Part shown: piece by piece, positions 12,925 to 25,293 of the stretch
Layout: every line of letters begins with the position of its first letter
Position numbering within the stretch: the stretch's first letter is position 1
Assembly (NCBI GenBank): GCA_964016885.1
Contig: OZ024743.1
Location: 45,570,001 to 45,634,000, forward strand
Length of the DNA stretch: 64,000 bases
DNA from: Eledone cirrhosa
Taxonomy: Eukaryota
Reading direction: 5' to 3'
Made by a program: the position numbers and the translations under genes
The notes under the pieces: model-generated
What the model was told of the DNA's origin: nothing
Seen by the model: the letters and a program-made list of their open reading frames with translations, nothing else
The model's database searches: none

Positions 12925-13745
12925 ATATTATTGGCCATAGAAACTATATTTTTTAATACATAATAATATTACCATTAGGAAATTTTTGTAAACATATATA
13001 CTTTTTGACGTTAGATATCTTCTTCCTTAAATTTTCTTTTTTCTTCTCTCCTTCCGTACTCGTTTTAAACCTATTATTTACTTTTACATATTACAATGCA
13101 TAAAAACAAACTTAAACATTAACTAATTCCTCTAAGTTCATAATTCATTTTATTCTTCTCCTTCTCTCACATTATATCCTCAATATTATTAATATTTTTA
13201 TTTTAATAATACATATTAATAATTGTTTTCGCATATATTATTAAACCCTTCAATATATTAACCTTTAATACTATTCTTAATTCCTCTTTCTTTAATCATA
13301 AACATCAACATCAATAAACCTCATTAACTCTTAATTTCAAAGTCTTTTTAAATTATCTATTATCTTCCAACGCTTTTTTAAATTTCTCTTTGCGAGTCTG
13401 TTTTTCTCAGTTGTAAAGGCTATTTCTGTCTCTCTATCACTCATTTCTCCGCCTCTCTCATCCTTCCTTCTTATACTCCTCCCACTTCATCCTTTATTTT
13501 CTTTCTTCCTCTTCCTTACCATTTCCTAACCCCCCTCTTTTTTTTCCCAATCTCATATATTCATCTCATTTTATTTTTTGTTGATTTAAAACTTCACTGC
13601 TCACAAGTGTTTTTTAAACTTCATATCATGTTTCCCTATTTTATCTGATGAGAACGCAAATATCATCCAATGATGATATTTGTTTTTGAAATGCGCATAA
13701 TAAAATACTTGGAACTCTTTTAACCATCTTTTGATCTTATATTAT
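12925..13745 (+). repeat. Inverted copy of the 3' UTR/pLTR of the PLE at 14122-17245
   Basis: Reverse complement of about 14122-15130, including the hammerhead and the terminal GGAACTCTTTTAACCATCTTTTGATCTTAT. Confidence 0.88.
13637..13707 (+). ncRNA. Type-I hammerhead ribozyme with palindromic stem III
   Basis: tattttat-CTGATGA-gaac gcaaatatcatc(caat)gatgatatttgt tttt-GAAA-tgcgca-TA-ataaaata; perfect 8-bp stem I and canonical core. Confidence 0.88.
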
Positions 13746-14007
13746 ATATATATATGTATATGTGTGTGTATATGTGTCTCTGTGTATATATATGTGAATA
13801 TATGCGTGTATATATGTATGTATATATGTATATATGTGTGTATATGTGAGTGGGTATGCATGTGTGCGTGTGTGTGTGTACGTGTGTGTTGTTATATATT
13901 CTTATTTATTATTCTTCCCCCACCCCTTTTTTTTCCTCCAGCCTCACTTTCATATCAGTTATATTTTTGTTTTTCAAATCCACTGTCAATAAAGACACCA
14001 GGACTTT

Positions 14008-14067
14008 TTTCATTCCGATGAATGAAAGCAATTTTGGTTGCTTTCAAGAAAACACTGGTAAATGAAA
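14008..14067 (+). ncRNA. Type-I hammerhead ribozyme, slightly degenerate (CCGATGA core)
   Basis: tttcatt-CCGATGA-a tgaaagcaa(ttttgg)ttgctttca a-GAAA-acactgg-TA-aatgaaa; more decayed sister copy on the minus strand at about 1604-1663. Confidence 0.7.
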
Positions 14068-14099
14068 TAATTATCTTATGTTGTTTATTACATAACTAA

Positions 14100-14121
<22 letters not shown>

Positions 14122-14131
<10 letters not shown>

Positions 14132-17100
14132 AGATCAAAAGATGGTTAAAAGAGTTCCAAGTGTTTTATTATGCGCATTTCAAAAACAAATATCATCATG
14201 GGATATATCTGCGTTCTCATCAGATAAAATAGGGTGACATGATATGAAGCTTAAAAAACACTTGTGAGCAGTGAAGTTTTAAATCAACATATGAAAAATA
14301 AAGTAAGATGGATATATGAGATTGGGAAAAATGAGGGGGGGGTAGGAAAAGGTAAGGAAGAGGAAGAAAGAAAATATAGGATGGTGGGGGAGGAGTATAA
14401 GAAGGAAGGATGAGAGAGGAGGAGAAATTAGTGATAGAGAGAGAGAAATAGCCTTTACAACTGAGAAAACATTGTCTCACAGAGATAAAATTAAAAAACT
14501 GTTGGAAGATAATAGATAATTTAAAAGATTTTGAAATTAAGAGTTAATGAGGTTTATGGATGTTGATGTTTATGATTGAAGAAAAAGGAATTAAGAATAG
14601 TATTAATTTAAGGTTTGTATATTGAAGGGTTTAATAATATCTGCGAAAAAAAGAATTTATTAATATGTATTATTAAAATAAAAATATTAAGGATATTAAG
14701 GATATAATTTGAAAGAAGGAGAAGAATAAATGAATTATGAACTTAAAGGAATTGGTTAGGGTTTAAGTTTGTTTTTATGTATTGTAATATGTAAAAGTAA
14801 ATAGTAGGTTTAAACCGAGCACGGAAAGAGAGAAGAAAAAAGAAAATTTAAGGAAGAAAAAAATCTAACGTCAAAAAGTATATATGTTTACAAAAATTTT
14901 CTAATGGTAATATATTAAAAGAGGAATTAGTTAGGGTTTAAGTTTGTTTTTATGTATCGCAATATGTAAAAGTAAATAGTAGGTTTAAGACGAGCACGGA
15001 AGGAGAGAAGAAAAAAGAAAATTTAGGGAAGAAAAAATATCTAACGTCAAAAAGTATATATGTTTACAAACATTTTCTAATGGTAATATTATAATATATT
15101 TAAAAATTATAGTTTTAATCGCCAATAATATGAGAAAAATGGAAAAATGGATAATGCTGTAGTGAGTAATAATATGAATTAAGAAGTAATTGGGAACTAA
15201 AAGTTACAGATTAGAGATTAGAAATTAAAAAAGAAAAAAGAAGAAAGGAAAAATGATAAAAAGAAGAAAGATAGGGGATCACAACGACATAGAATGAGTA
15301 AATTGTATAATATAATATATAATACTGAAATAAGGTAGAAAGATGGGTATATTTCTAAAAGATATAAAAGCCTTTGAGAAAAGATTTTAAACTAATTAGG
15401 TATTCAGATATTAGCTGTATACTTTATGGAATGTTCTATAGGATTTATGCAAGCAGAGCGAAAATAAATCCGTGCGTCTATTTATTATAGAATTGAAATT
15501 AGATATAATGGTAAATTTCTCAGCTAGGCAGAGATTACATGTTCTGGATAGAGAAGAATTCAGGTAAAGAAAGGCGTTGCAAACCTTCCTCCAAGAGATG
15601 TTATAGTTAATATTTTTGTCCTTTAAGGACCATATGAGTTCTGAGAGTGCCATGTTAGTTCTTTTAAGTTGGTATTTAAAAGACGATTTGTGATTATAAA
15701 ATCTTGCTTTGAAGGAAGTGGAAGTGGAACCGAAATAGGTAAAAGAATTAGTACCAGTTATAACCTTACATTCATACACTAAGTTTTTATCAAGACATTG
15801 GCTATTAAGAGGAAATTTAGTTCTAACAAGGCAATTACAATTACGATTAGAGAAATTAACAGAGTTATTAACAAGTGACCTAGTATTATTTATAGAAGGA
15901 ATTGGATTGGAGAAGTTATTTACGATAGGAACTATAGTTTCCTGATTTAGATTGGTATTATGAACATTCAATAAAGTTACGTTTGACGTCGTATTTAAAT
16001 TTACAAAATCTAACCTAGAGTTAACAATGACGTCGGGATTACTGTTGCTATTATTATGACGCTCAGTGTTGGAAGGATGTAATTTATTATTTAATATTTT
16101 ATTGTTCTGTTTTGAGATAATGTTAGAGTTTCTGGAAGTGGTGGAATAAGAAAATTTGATTGTATGTTTATTAAAGATTTTACTATAGATATGTGAGTGA
16201 GGGAAGCATTTATCTAAGGCCCTAAAGAATAGTTTAGGAATATTATTAGTAATGGATAGAGAAAAAGGAGCATTATACCAAATCATATTTTTGTATCTAG
16301 GTCTTTTATTTAAGTTATTGGAATGTTCATAATTAACTATTTTACTATAAGTCCTTCGATGATTGGTTTCTTTACTGTATTTAATTGTATCAGGATAACC
16401 GGCTTTGGAAAGCGCATTATTATAGTAATTGGCATTAGCGTCGAAGATATCTTTATTAGGGGATAGATTTGAGATTCTTTTTTCAATATTACTGACTATA
16501 GCATTTTTAACGTTAGTGGGGCGGTTAGATTTAAAATTAACATAATTTAGATGCTCATTGTTTTTATGGTAAGGGTAATATAGCCCAGTGTCAAGATTAA
16601 GGGATATATCCAAGAAGTTAGCTAGTTTGACGTTGTTATCAAATTCAATTTTAAGGTTATGGTACTTAAATAAATCACGTATATTGTTCTTAATAATATT
16701 AAGGTTAACTAAATTGCAGTTTAAGACAGTAAAAAGGGCATCGTCACGATAAATTCCACCGCGAAGTTGAGGAATTATCCGAATTAAAGAATTCAAAATA
16801 AAGATACCAATCAAATCAGTCAATTGCGATGAATCGGAAGCACCCATTGTGATATCAAAATTGTTGGAAGTATCAGCTCTAGTCCAATATTCATTGTTGA
16901 ATTCCAAGATAGTTTTTATTGCGGTGTAAAGTTCATCTGTGGTAATGTCAGAATATTTATATGCGATAGATAGAGCGTTGTTGAGGAGTGAAGGCGAAAT
17001 AGAAGAATAGTAGCTGGCAATATCAAACTGAATAAATTTTGTTTGTTTGTATTATTCAGGTTATTGGACCAGCCAATTACTGCAGATGTACCAATCCATA

Positions 17101-17245
17101 AATTTAAGTTAGAGATAGAGCAATTAGAACGAACCTGTGGAATAATTCTATCCAAGGTGGATTTACTAACAACCCCCAGATCTGATTTAGAGGGGGCGAT
17201 TAGTCTAACAGGCAGTTCCGTTCGAAAATTACTTTTATGATCCTT
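14122..17245 (-). mobile_element. Penelope-like element (Naiad-like) with long AT-rich 3' UTR/pLTR
   Basis: ORF 15411-16907: FDITMGASDSSQLTDLIG, GIYRDD, WYNAPF, CNCLVRTKFPL, VYEC...YFGST...FKARFYNH, CNLC; upstream fragment 16916-17240. Confidence 0.93.
14164..14231 (-). ncRNA. Type-I hammerhead ribozyme in PLE 3' pLTR
   Basis: Minus strand: ttttat-CTGATGA-gaacgcag...gttttt-GAAA-tgcgca-TA-ataaaa; paralog of 13637-13707. Confidence 0.82.
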
Positions 17246-17257
17246 GAGGTTTATCCT

Positions 17258-17498
17258 CGGAGTTCTTGGTCTCTCTCTCTATCACTCATTTCTCCTCCTC
17301 TCTCATCTTTCCTTCTTATACTCCTCCCCCACCATCCTTTATTTTTATTTCTTCCTCTTCCTTACCTTTTCCTACCCCCCCCCCCCCCCCATTTTTCCCA
17401 ATCTCATATATCCATCTTACTTTATTTTTCATATGTTGATTTAAAACTTCACTGTTCACAAGTGTTTTTTAAGCTTCATGTCTCCTTATTTTATCTGA
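17258..17498 (+). repeat. Inverted partial pLTR at the 5' truncation of the PLE
   Basis: Matches the reverse complement of about 14220-14450 and ends at TTTTATCTGAT, inside the hammerhead core. Confidence 0.8.
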
Positions 17499-17714
17499 TA
17501 TATCTGATATATATACATGCCAAAAGCCGATGCGTAGTGTGCTCGATATTTGGGTATCAGGATTAAATATTAGAGAAAGTTAATATTTAGTGTAAGGATT
17601 AAGCAGAGCTGGAATAAGTGAATGAATGAGTGAAAGAAAGAGTTACAAGCCCTTAAAACATATCTTTAATCCTTTCGAGGTCGATAAACAATTACCAGCC
17701 CAATACTAGTGTCA

Positions 17715-17895
<181 letters not shown>

Positions 17896-18031
17896 TCAAT
17901 TTCTCTGGTGGAAATCAGACCTGGCGGAGGGGATGCACCCCCCTCTCCCCAAGTATAGATATCCAAAACACGCCATATATCACAACAGCACCCCTATGAC
18001 ACTATCATGAGTTAGTGCCCACTTTCATGGC

Positions 18032-18243
18032 AGGCACTATCGGTAGAGGGCCGGACGCCATGCTTTGTAGTATAGAGTTACGGCCCTTTATGATCTGAGT
18101 TCAAATCTCGCCGAGGTTAGCTTTGCCTTTCTTCCTTATGGGGTCGATAAAATAAAGTACCAGCCACGTACTGGAGTCGATTTAATCGACTTTCCCCTCC
18201 CCCCAAATTGCTGGCCTTGTGCCTGTAGTAGAAACCATTATTT
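18032..18243 (+). mobile_element. tRNA-derived SINE, family A (octopus-type), long-tail variant
   Basis: GGCACTATCGGTAGAG...GAGTTCAAATC...GGTCGATAAAATAAAGTACCAG...GGCCTTGTGCC; opposite-strand partial copy at 18272-18387. Confidence 0.85.
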
Positions 18244-18622
18244 ATATATGTTTGTATTACGTACGTATAAGATAATTGTTTCTACTTTTGGCACTAGGCC
18301 AGCAATTACCCAGTACATTACTGGTACTTTAATTTATCGACCCCGTAAGGATGAAAGGCAAAGTTAACCTCGGTGGGATTTGAACTTAAAATTGATCGTT
18401 TACTCAATTATATTCATATTGATATTATTTCCCCTGTCTTTAAATATTTTGATTTTATTGTTGGAAATTTGAAAAACCACGATTGGTTTTGGAAGCTTTG
18501 ATTGTACAAAAGCTATTTACTGTTCTACTATTTCATTCTTTTGTTGAGATCCTCGGATCAAAGTAAATAGCATTTTATCATAAATCTTTTTTATATGTAA
18601 GCTAATAAATATTACCCACCTA

Positions 18623-18691
<69 letters not shown>

Positions 18692-20054
18692 GACAGACAG
18701 ACATATATATACTGACATACATACATAAGTACGTATATACGTATGCATTACATATCTTGTAGCGAAACACTCGTGATATCGATTGTGGCCAAATGAACAT
18801 CTAATTGGTAAAGTAAATATATTAATTTCAAACCTACTCATGTCATTTCTTAAATACGAAACTTTGTTTACAATTGATTATGAGCTGATGACAAAGTCCA
18901 TTTTGTTATGACAGTGCGCTAAGATGAATCTGTGGATGTAGCCATCCGAATAGTTTATTGTCATTAAGATACTGGCTTTTATAATTAAAGCTGAACTACA
19001 TATATTTATTCTTGATTCTTTCGCCATTCGATTCCATCACACCATACCAGCTCTCCATTCTTCACATCTGTCATTGCATACTTGGAAATGCCAACAACAC
19101 TTTCAACAGAATCTCGCTCGTTTTGCTCTTTATTCTCTGTTTTACATTGTTTTCCCCTATTTTCTGTAATTTCACTTTTGCCCTCAGTTTTCTCAATCAT
19201 TCTTTCAATCTTTACTATTTTTCAGGGTGACAACCAGCCTCTTTCTCCTGAGCATGTTGCCAGGCTAGTTAGCCGTTCTTCACTTGCATGAAAAACACCA
19301 AACAGTGACCGGTTTTTTGGTATCCCCTTACTACTTCGCAAATAGCACTGTTACAATTTTCTTTAATTTTTTTCTCCATTTAACTTTCTTCACTTCAGTA
19401 GTCTTTTGAAGACGACATGGCCAACCCAGCTGAATAATGGAACACTTACTGGGCGAGAAGATTTCACCGGAGGTTCCAGTCCTAATTACGCCCCAATTTC
19501 AGCCCCAATTACGCTGTCTTCTACATTCAATGTATTTGACATTTTCACTTGTTTGTGGTATTGTGGTTAAATGGTTTTTCCTTCCGGCATTAGATAGATT
19601 GTCTACCATCACCTAAAGAACTTCTATCTACCTTCATCTAGAGAAAACAATATTTCGCACCAGGTCTTGAACTGATTATGATGTTTCGCTTAGTTTCACA
19701 TCAGACTTTCCGCCGGAGGTTCCGCGCACAGACAGATTGCCATAATTGTGAGTAAGGTGTCCCATCTTCCCCGGTTTTGACATGAGAGTGATACTTCTCC
19801 TAGACAAGAGGGAGGCTGGGGGGATTGAGAAGGTCAAAGGGGCGCAGAGCCTAAGGGGCGGTGGGGCGGTAGAGATGATATAATAATATATTAAATATCA
19901 AATGATACATATTATATATATAAATATACTAAAATAAAAAATATATAATATTTATTTATACATAGTATCATTTATTATATATAAATAAACGATGTTTTTT
20001 CTCATATATTATTTACAATTTTCGTGTAGGCAGGTCTCTCTGGAAATAGGTTTG

Positions 20055-20405
20055 GAGGCGCTGATGGTGTTACGTGGCCGTGAGGGGGTGCTGAGGGTAT
20101 TACATGGCCGTGAGGGGGGTGCTGAGTGTATTTCACAGGGCTGTGAGGGAACGCTGAGGGTATTACATGGCCGTGAGGGAGCGCTAAGGGTATTACATGG
20201 CCGTGAGGGGGCGCTGATGGTATTACATGGCCGTGAAGGGGCGCTGAGGATACATGGCCGTGAGGGAGCGGTGAGTGTATTACATGACCGTGAGGGGGCG
20301 CTGATGATATTACATGGCCGTGAGGAGGCGCTGAGGATATTACATGGCCGTGAGGAGGCGCTGAGGGTATTACATGGCCGTGAGGGGGCGCTGAGGATAT
20401 TACCC
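20055..20405. repeat. ~30-bp GC-rich minisatellite, about 12 units
   Basis: Unit GCGCTGAGGGTATTACATGGCCGTGAGGGG; 10-aa periodicity in the ORFs on both strands. Confidence 0.95.
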
Positions 20406-20826
20406 GGCAGTTTCAGAACCTCTGTCCTAGAATGAGAGTCACTCAAAGCTGACGAATTTTGTCTACAAATATACGCAGATACAAACCTACGCATATATAA
20501 ATATACACACACATAAATATACATAAAATTGTTATATATACATACATAGACAAACTTATATTCGCACATTTATATTCACAGATGAGTATACACTTAAATA
20601 TACAAACATACGTACATACACCTATATATATATCTATCGTTTCTATCTGTATACAACAAGTATATGTTTTACGTAATTCCGAAGGAAAGGCAAAGGAAAA
20701 AAGAGTGCTCCATGTATAGAACAGAGCTATTTAATTAGAAAGTGAACAACACAAAATATAACTACTCCATTACCAAAGATTTCTGGATAACAAACGATAA
20801 TAATATACGTTTGGATGTCATAACAT

Positions 20827-20896
20827 CTCTATCTGACGAACGATCCAGACGTATATATTATTATCGTCTGTGATCCAGAAACCTTTGGTAATGGAG
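20827..20896 (+). ncRNA. Type-I hammerhead ribozyme within a short inverted repeat
   Basis: ctctat-CTGACGA-ac gatc cagacg(...)cgtctg t gatc ca-GAAA-cc(ttt)gg-TA-atggag. Confidence 0.75.
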
Positions 20897-21019
20897 TAGT
20901 TATATTTTGTGTTGTTCCCTTTCTAATACAACAACTATATAGTGTATAGAACGGTAGGTCCAGTATTGAAGTATTGTTTGTTCAGCAGTTCCTCAACCAC
21001 GGTACATCCAGTATAGAAA

Positions 21020-21210
21020 TAACTGTTTCTACTTTTGGCACAAGGCCAGCAAATACCCAGTACATTACTGGTACTTTATTTTATCGACCTCGTAAGGATG
21101 AAAGGCAAAGTTAACCTCGGCGGGATTTGAACTCAGATCATAAAGGGCCGTAACTCTTTGCTGCAAAGCATGGTGTCCGACCATCTACTGATACTGCCAA
21201 TCCACCGCCC
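21020..21210 (-). mobile_element. SINE family A
   Basis: Reverse complement of the family consensus, full length. Confidence 0.85.
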
Positions 21211-21739
21211 TTAGAAATAACGTTTATTCATTAATTTCATTGTTTTCAAAGTGAGAATTTGTAACTATCAAAATAACGTTCTTTAAAATATTTGTATCAC
21301 TTCGAGATGAATGTTTCTTTAACTTCTCACCAACGATACAACGAGTGTGGAAATAATGTTTGTTCATTAATTTCGTTGTTTTCAAAGTGACAGTATAACA
21401 CTGCAATCCACTCTCGAAATAATGTTTCTTTAACACATTTGTATTACTTTGAAATACATGCTTCTTTAACTTCTTCTCACAAACAATATATCCAGTGTTC
21501 AAATTGTATTCATCCTTATATTTTTGTCACAAACTGTTTATAAGGTGCCTCACATTGCACTGTTTTAAGGCGACCCCATGATATTTGGGCCTTAAGATGC
21601 CATATAATCTCAATTTTAATCGATACATCTTTATATTTACGAAGCTTTCCAAATTCTTTCGAGATGTTACGATCTGATGGAATGCTCATGTAAATTAATT
21701 GTTTCTACGTTAGGCACAAGGCCAGTAAATTAATATTTT

Positions 21740-24700
21740 CCCTTTATGGACCATCACAATTATATCAGGTCTGTTAACCTTGATTGATCGGTCAGTGTTC
21801 ACAGAAAAATCCCATAGGATTGTTACGTTCTCGCCTCCTGTTACTGCATCTGAGTGATGCTTGTACCATTTTCCCTCCGTTTTCAGACCATAAAACTTGC
21901 ACCTTGCTCAGTGTAAGTATTTCCCCACTCTATTTTATATTCTTCGGGAGCTAATACCTTGCAGCCTGAAACCAGGTGGTCAATGGTCTCAATATGTTCA
22001 TCACAGAATCGACACTTTGGATCAGCTCTATTTCTGATCACATTCAATTGAAAGTTGCACGTTGACAGACACTCACCTTGTGCAGCTAAAATGAAATGCT
22101 TATTATCTGCCTTTAGCCCAAAACTCTACAGTCACTAATGGGTGGATGTTTGATCTACATCCGGTTCTTTGCTACGGAGAACAAACTGCCCATGCAGTGC
22201 TTTTTGCTCCTATTTAGTGCACAGTCTTTGTTGACCTTCATGTTTTGCCAACATTTTGAGCTTCTTTGAGGCTTTAATTGCAGAATCACCATTATTTTAA
22301 AAATGTATTTCCAATTCTTCCGCAAACTTCCTTCTTTCCTTTGTGACTGAATTTAACATCTTCTTCCTTTAGTGATCTGCAACCATTTCCATCATCCAGT
22401 TATCTGTGGTTTTAAGGAACTGATCAAATGCAATGGTTGATATCCAGTATGAAAGCTCTAGCTGGATCATTCCTCTACCTCCATTTTGTCTAAGGAGATA
22501 GAGGTGATCAATATCTGCTTTGGGGTCAGGTATTTTATTACAGGTCAAAAGTTTCCAGATTTTGGTGTCCATTCTCTTAATTTCATTACCGTTCCTATTT
22601 ATGATATTGAAACTGGGTGACAACTGGGATTGCAAGCGCATTTATGGCGGATAGCTTATTTCTTGAGTTAAGATCAGGTTTCAAGACAGCACGTACTCTC
22701 CGGTAGCATTCCTTCCTGATTCTCTCTTTCATGTTGGCGTGGTGAGTACCTTGGCCTTCATTGGTCCCTAGATATCTATAGGTTTGTTCCTGTTTTAGGT
22801 CCTTAATTATTGTATTCACATCTATTTCCATTGAGTTTGTGTTTGTCATTTTGCCTTCTTTTAGTGTAGTAGTGGCGCATTTTTCAAATCCAAAGTCCAT
22901 CGATCATCGCTGAACACTTTAACTGTCTTCAACAGTCCTTCCAATTTCCAATTCATTGAATATTTGTTTTTATCAATTTGGACAAGAGATGTTATATTTT
23001 GTTCCAACCAATTTTCCCAGCGTTGTGCGTAATTTCGTTATAACATTTTACTAACATGTCATAGGTAGCAGTTAGTGAATATAACTAGAAGTTTGACACT
23101 TTATCAATGCCGGGGATTTTCATTTGTTGGCTTTCTTTAGTCCTAACTCCAGTTCTTCCATAGTTATGTCTTGCTAAGTTTGCCTTTCTAAATTATCATA
23201 TGTCTCTTCCATGTTCTTTATCCATTCTGCATTCACATTATGAAATGTTTATGTACTCCATACTGTTTTCCATAATTCTTTAATTTCATGAATTGAAGGA
23301 GGTTCCTTTACTTGAATTGTCTGTTTCACAATTTCCCTGAAAAATTTTTTTATATCTGAAATAAACAATTTATTTTGCCTGTAAAACCTATTTCGCTTTT
23401 CAAATCTTCTGATTCTTTGAGCTTTTATCAGGACTTTGTTTCGGTATTTGATTGATGGAATGTCAGGTTTTGAAGTTACTTTGTCACTTTCCTTCCTTTT
23501 CTTGGCTTGACAAATTTCCCAACACAGATTTACTCCACGATCGATATTTCTCCCCTCAACAATTTCTTTCCAGAGTGGGTTTTTTTGTGAGTGTTCTATC
23601 CTTTTCGTGTTTTCCTTAAACCACATTTCCTTTCTATAACCGTTGCTGCCGCATAAATACCTTCACTCTATTCTGATATATCAGGCTTCATCTCTTCAAT
23701 TATTGCTTTAACAGCTTCATTTCCAGTTTTGTTTTTAGTCTTTTTTTCTGGTTGTTGCTTGTCAACTTTTGCAAGGACTCATACAAGTATTTTTTTTTCA
23801 AGTTTATTGAGAATTTCTTGTTTTGTTTGTTCTATCTGATTTTTATGCTGATATGTAGAAATATCCTCATCCATATTGTCAATCTGTCTCTCAGCTTGAC
23901 TCTGCTCTGTTGTGTTTCTCATACCTGTGAAATCAATCCTGGTGACAACATAGTCAATAAATACGTTTTCTAGTGTTTCTTCTGTCACGTGTTCATTATT
24001 ATCATTGGCAGTATCGGTAGAGGGTCGGACGCTATGCTTTCCAGCATAGTTACGTCCCTTTATGGTCTTAGTTCAAATCCAGCCGAGGTTAACTTTGCCT
24101 TTCATCCTTACAGGGTCGATAAAATAAAGTACCAGTAATGTACTGGGTAATTGCTGGCCTTGTGCCAAAAGTGGAAACAATTATTATCATTGGCAGTATC
24201 GGTAGAGGGTCGGACGCCATGCTTTCTAGCATAGTTACGTCCCTTTATGGTCTGAGTTCAAATCCCGTCGAAGTTAACTTTGCCTTTCATCCTTACGGGG
24301 TCGATAAAATAAAGTACCAGTAATGTACTGGTTAATTGCTAGCCTTGTGCCAAAAGTAGAAACAATTATTATCTTTCTAATATTAGTATTTTCAAATATT
24401 TTTCAACATTCCGCTTAATTTTTAGCATTGGTTAGTCTCTTGTTTCTAAAAATATCTCTTCTTACATTTGCAAATTTGTTTTCTCATTTCTGGATTCTGG
24501 ATTTCTTTCTCTCCATATCCTAAAAGAATTTACTGTGTGTTTTTATTACGGTGGTTTTTCCGAATGAGTGGTAGAATGTGTGTATCACTTCTTTATACTC
24601 TTCTTGAGACCATTTGATACGTTGAGTTTTTGTCTTTCTTGTGGTGCTGAACGTGAACGGCTTGGTTTGATATTATTCTCGTTCAAGTGACTATTCAAGT

Positions 24701-25000
24701 CCATATTTGGAGAAGACCTCGTTTCAGCTGTAGACTGTTCAACCCTAGCCTGATTGCTCCCTGAGAGACGTGGCCCTTGTTGACACGGGCGACGACCGAT
24801 CCGGTATGTGTTTTTGTCTGTAGACATTGAGGGGCTTTTCTGTTGTTTCATTGTGCCCTTTAACCTTCACTACCAAGGGGTAATTTTGTTCAAGATACCA
24901 CCCCTAGGACGATTATCAACCAAGATTAGTGAGCTCGTCTTACCCATAAGACAGCTACTTCCCGCCGCCGGGTACCAGCCAATTATTTCTTGGTCACGGG
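21740..25000 (-). mobile_element. Old R4/Dong-clade RLE non-LTR retrotransposon, heavily decayed with internal deletion
   Basis: ORF pieces MDFGFEKCA...YRYLG...KECYRRVRAVLK, PKADIDHLYL...GGRG, AQRIRRFEKR and MSTDKNTYRIGRRP are homologous to the 37.5-kb element; 5' end CCCGTGACCAAGAAATA at 25000. Confidence 0.85.
24006..24372 (+). mobile_element. Tandem dimer of SINE family A inserted in the old Dong element
   Basis: Two head-to-tail ~183-bp copies (24006-24185, 24190-24372). Confidence 0.88.
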
Positions 25001-25109
25001 TTTTATTATTATTAGTGCTTTCCTTAATGTTTTCTTAGTGTAAACCCTTTGTGGCGTATAAAGAAATCATTACAAGCATCATCACCACCACCACCACCAC
25101 CACCACCAT

Positions 25110-25293
25110 CTGGCAGTATCGGTAGAGGATCGAACACTATGCTTTGCAGCAAAGAGTTACGGCCCTTTATGGTCTGAGTTCAAATCCCGCCGAGGTTAAC
25201 TTTACCTTTCATCCTTACGGGGTCGATAAAATAAAGTACCAGTAATGCACTGAGTTAATTGCTGGCGTTGTGTCAAAAGTAGAAACAATTATT
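25110..25293 (+). mobile_element. SINE family A
   Basis: Full consensus match. Confidence 0.85.

Noticed and set aside
19992-20569. ORFs with LHGREGALRV / SAPSRPCNTL repeats
   Set aside because: Product of a 30-bp minisatellite open on both strands; no other coding evidence
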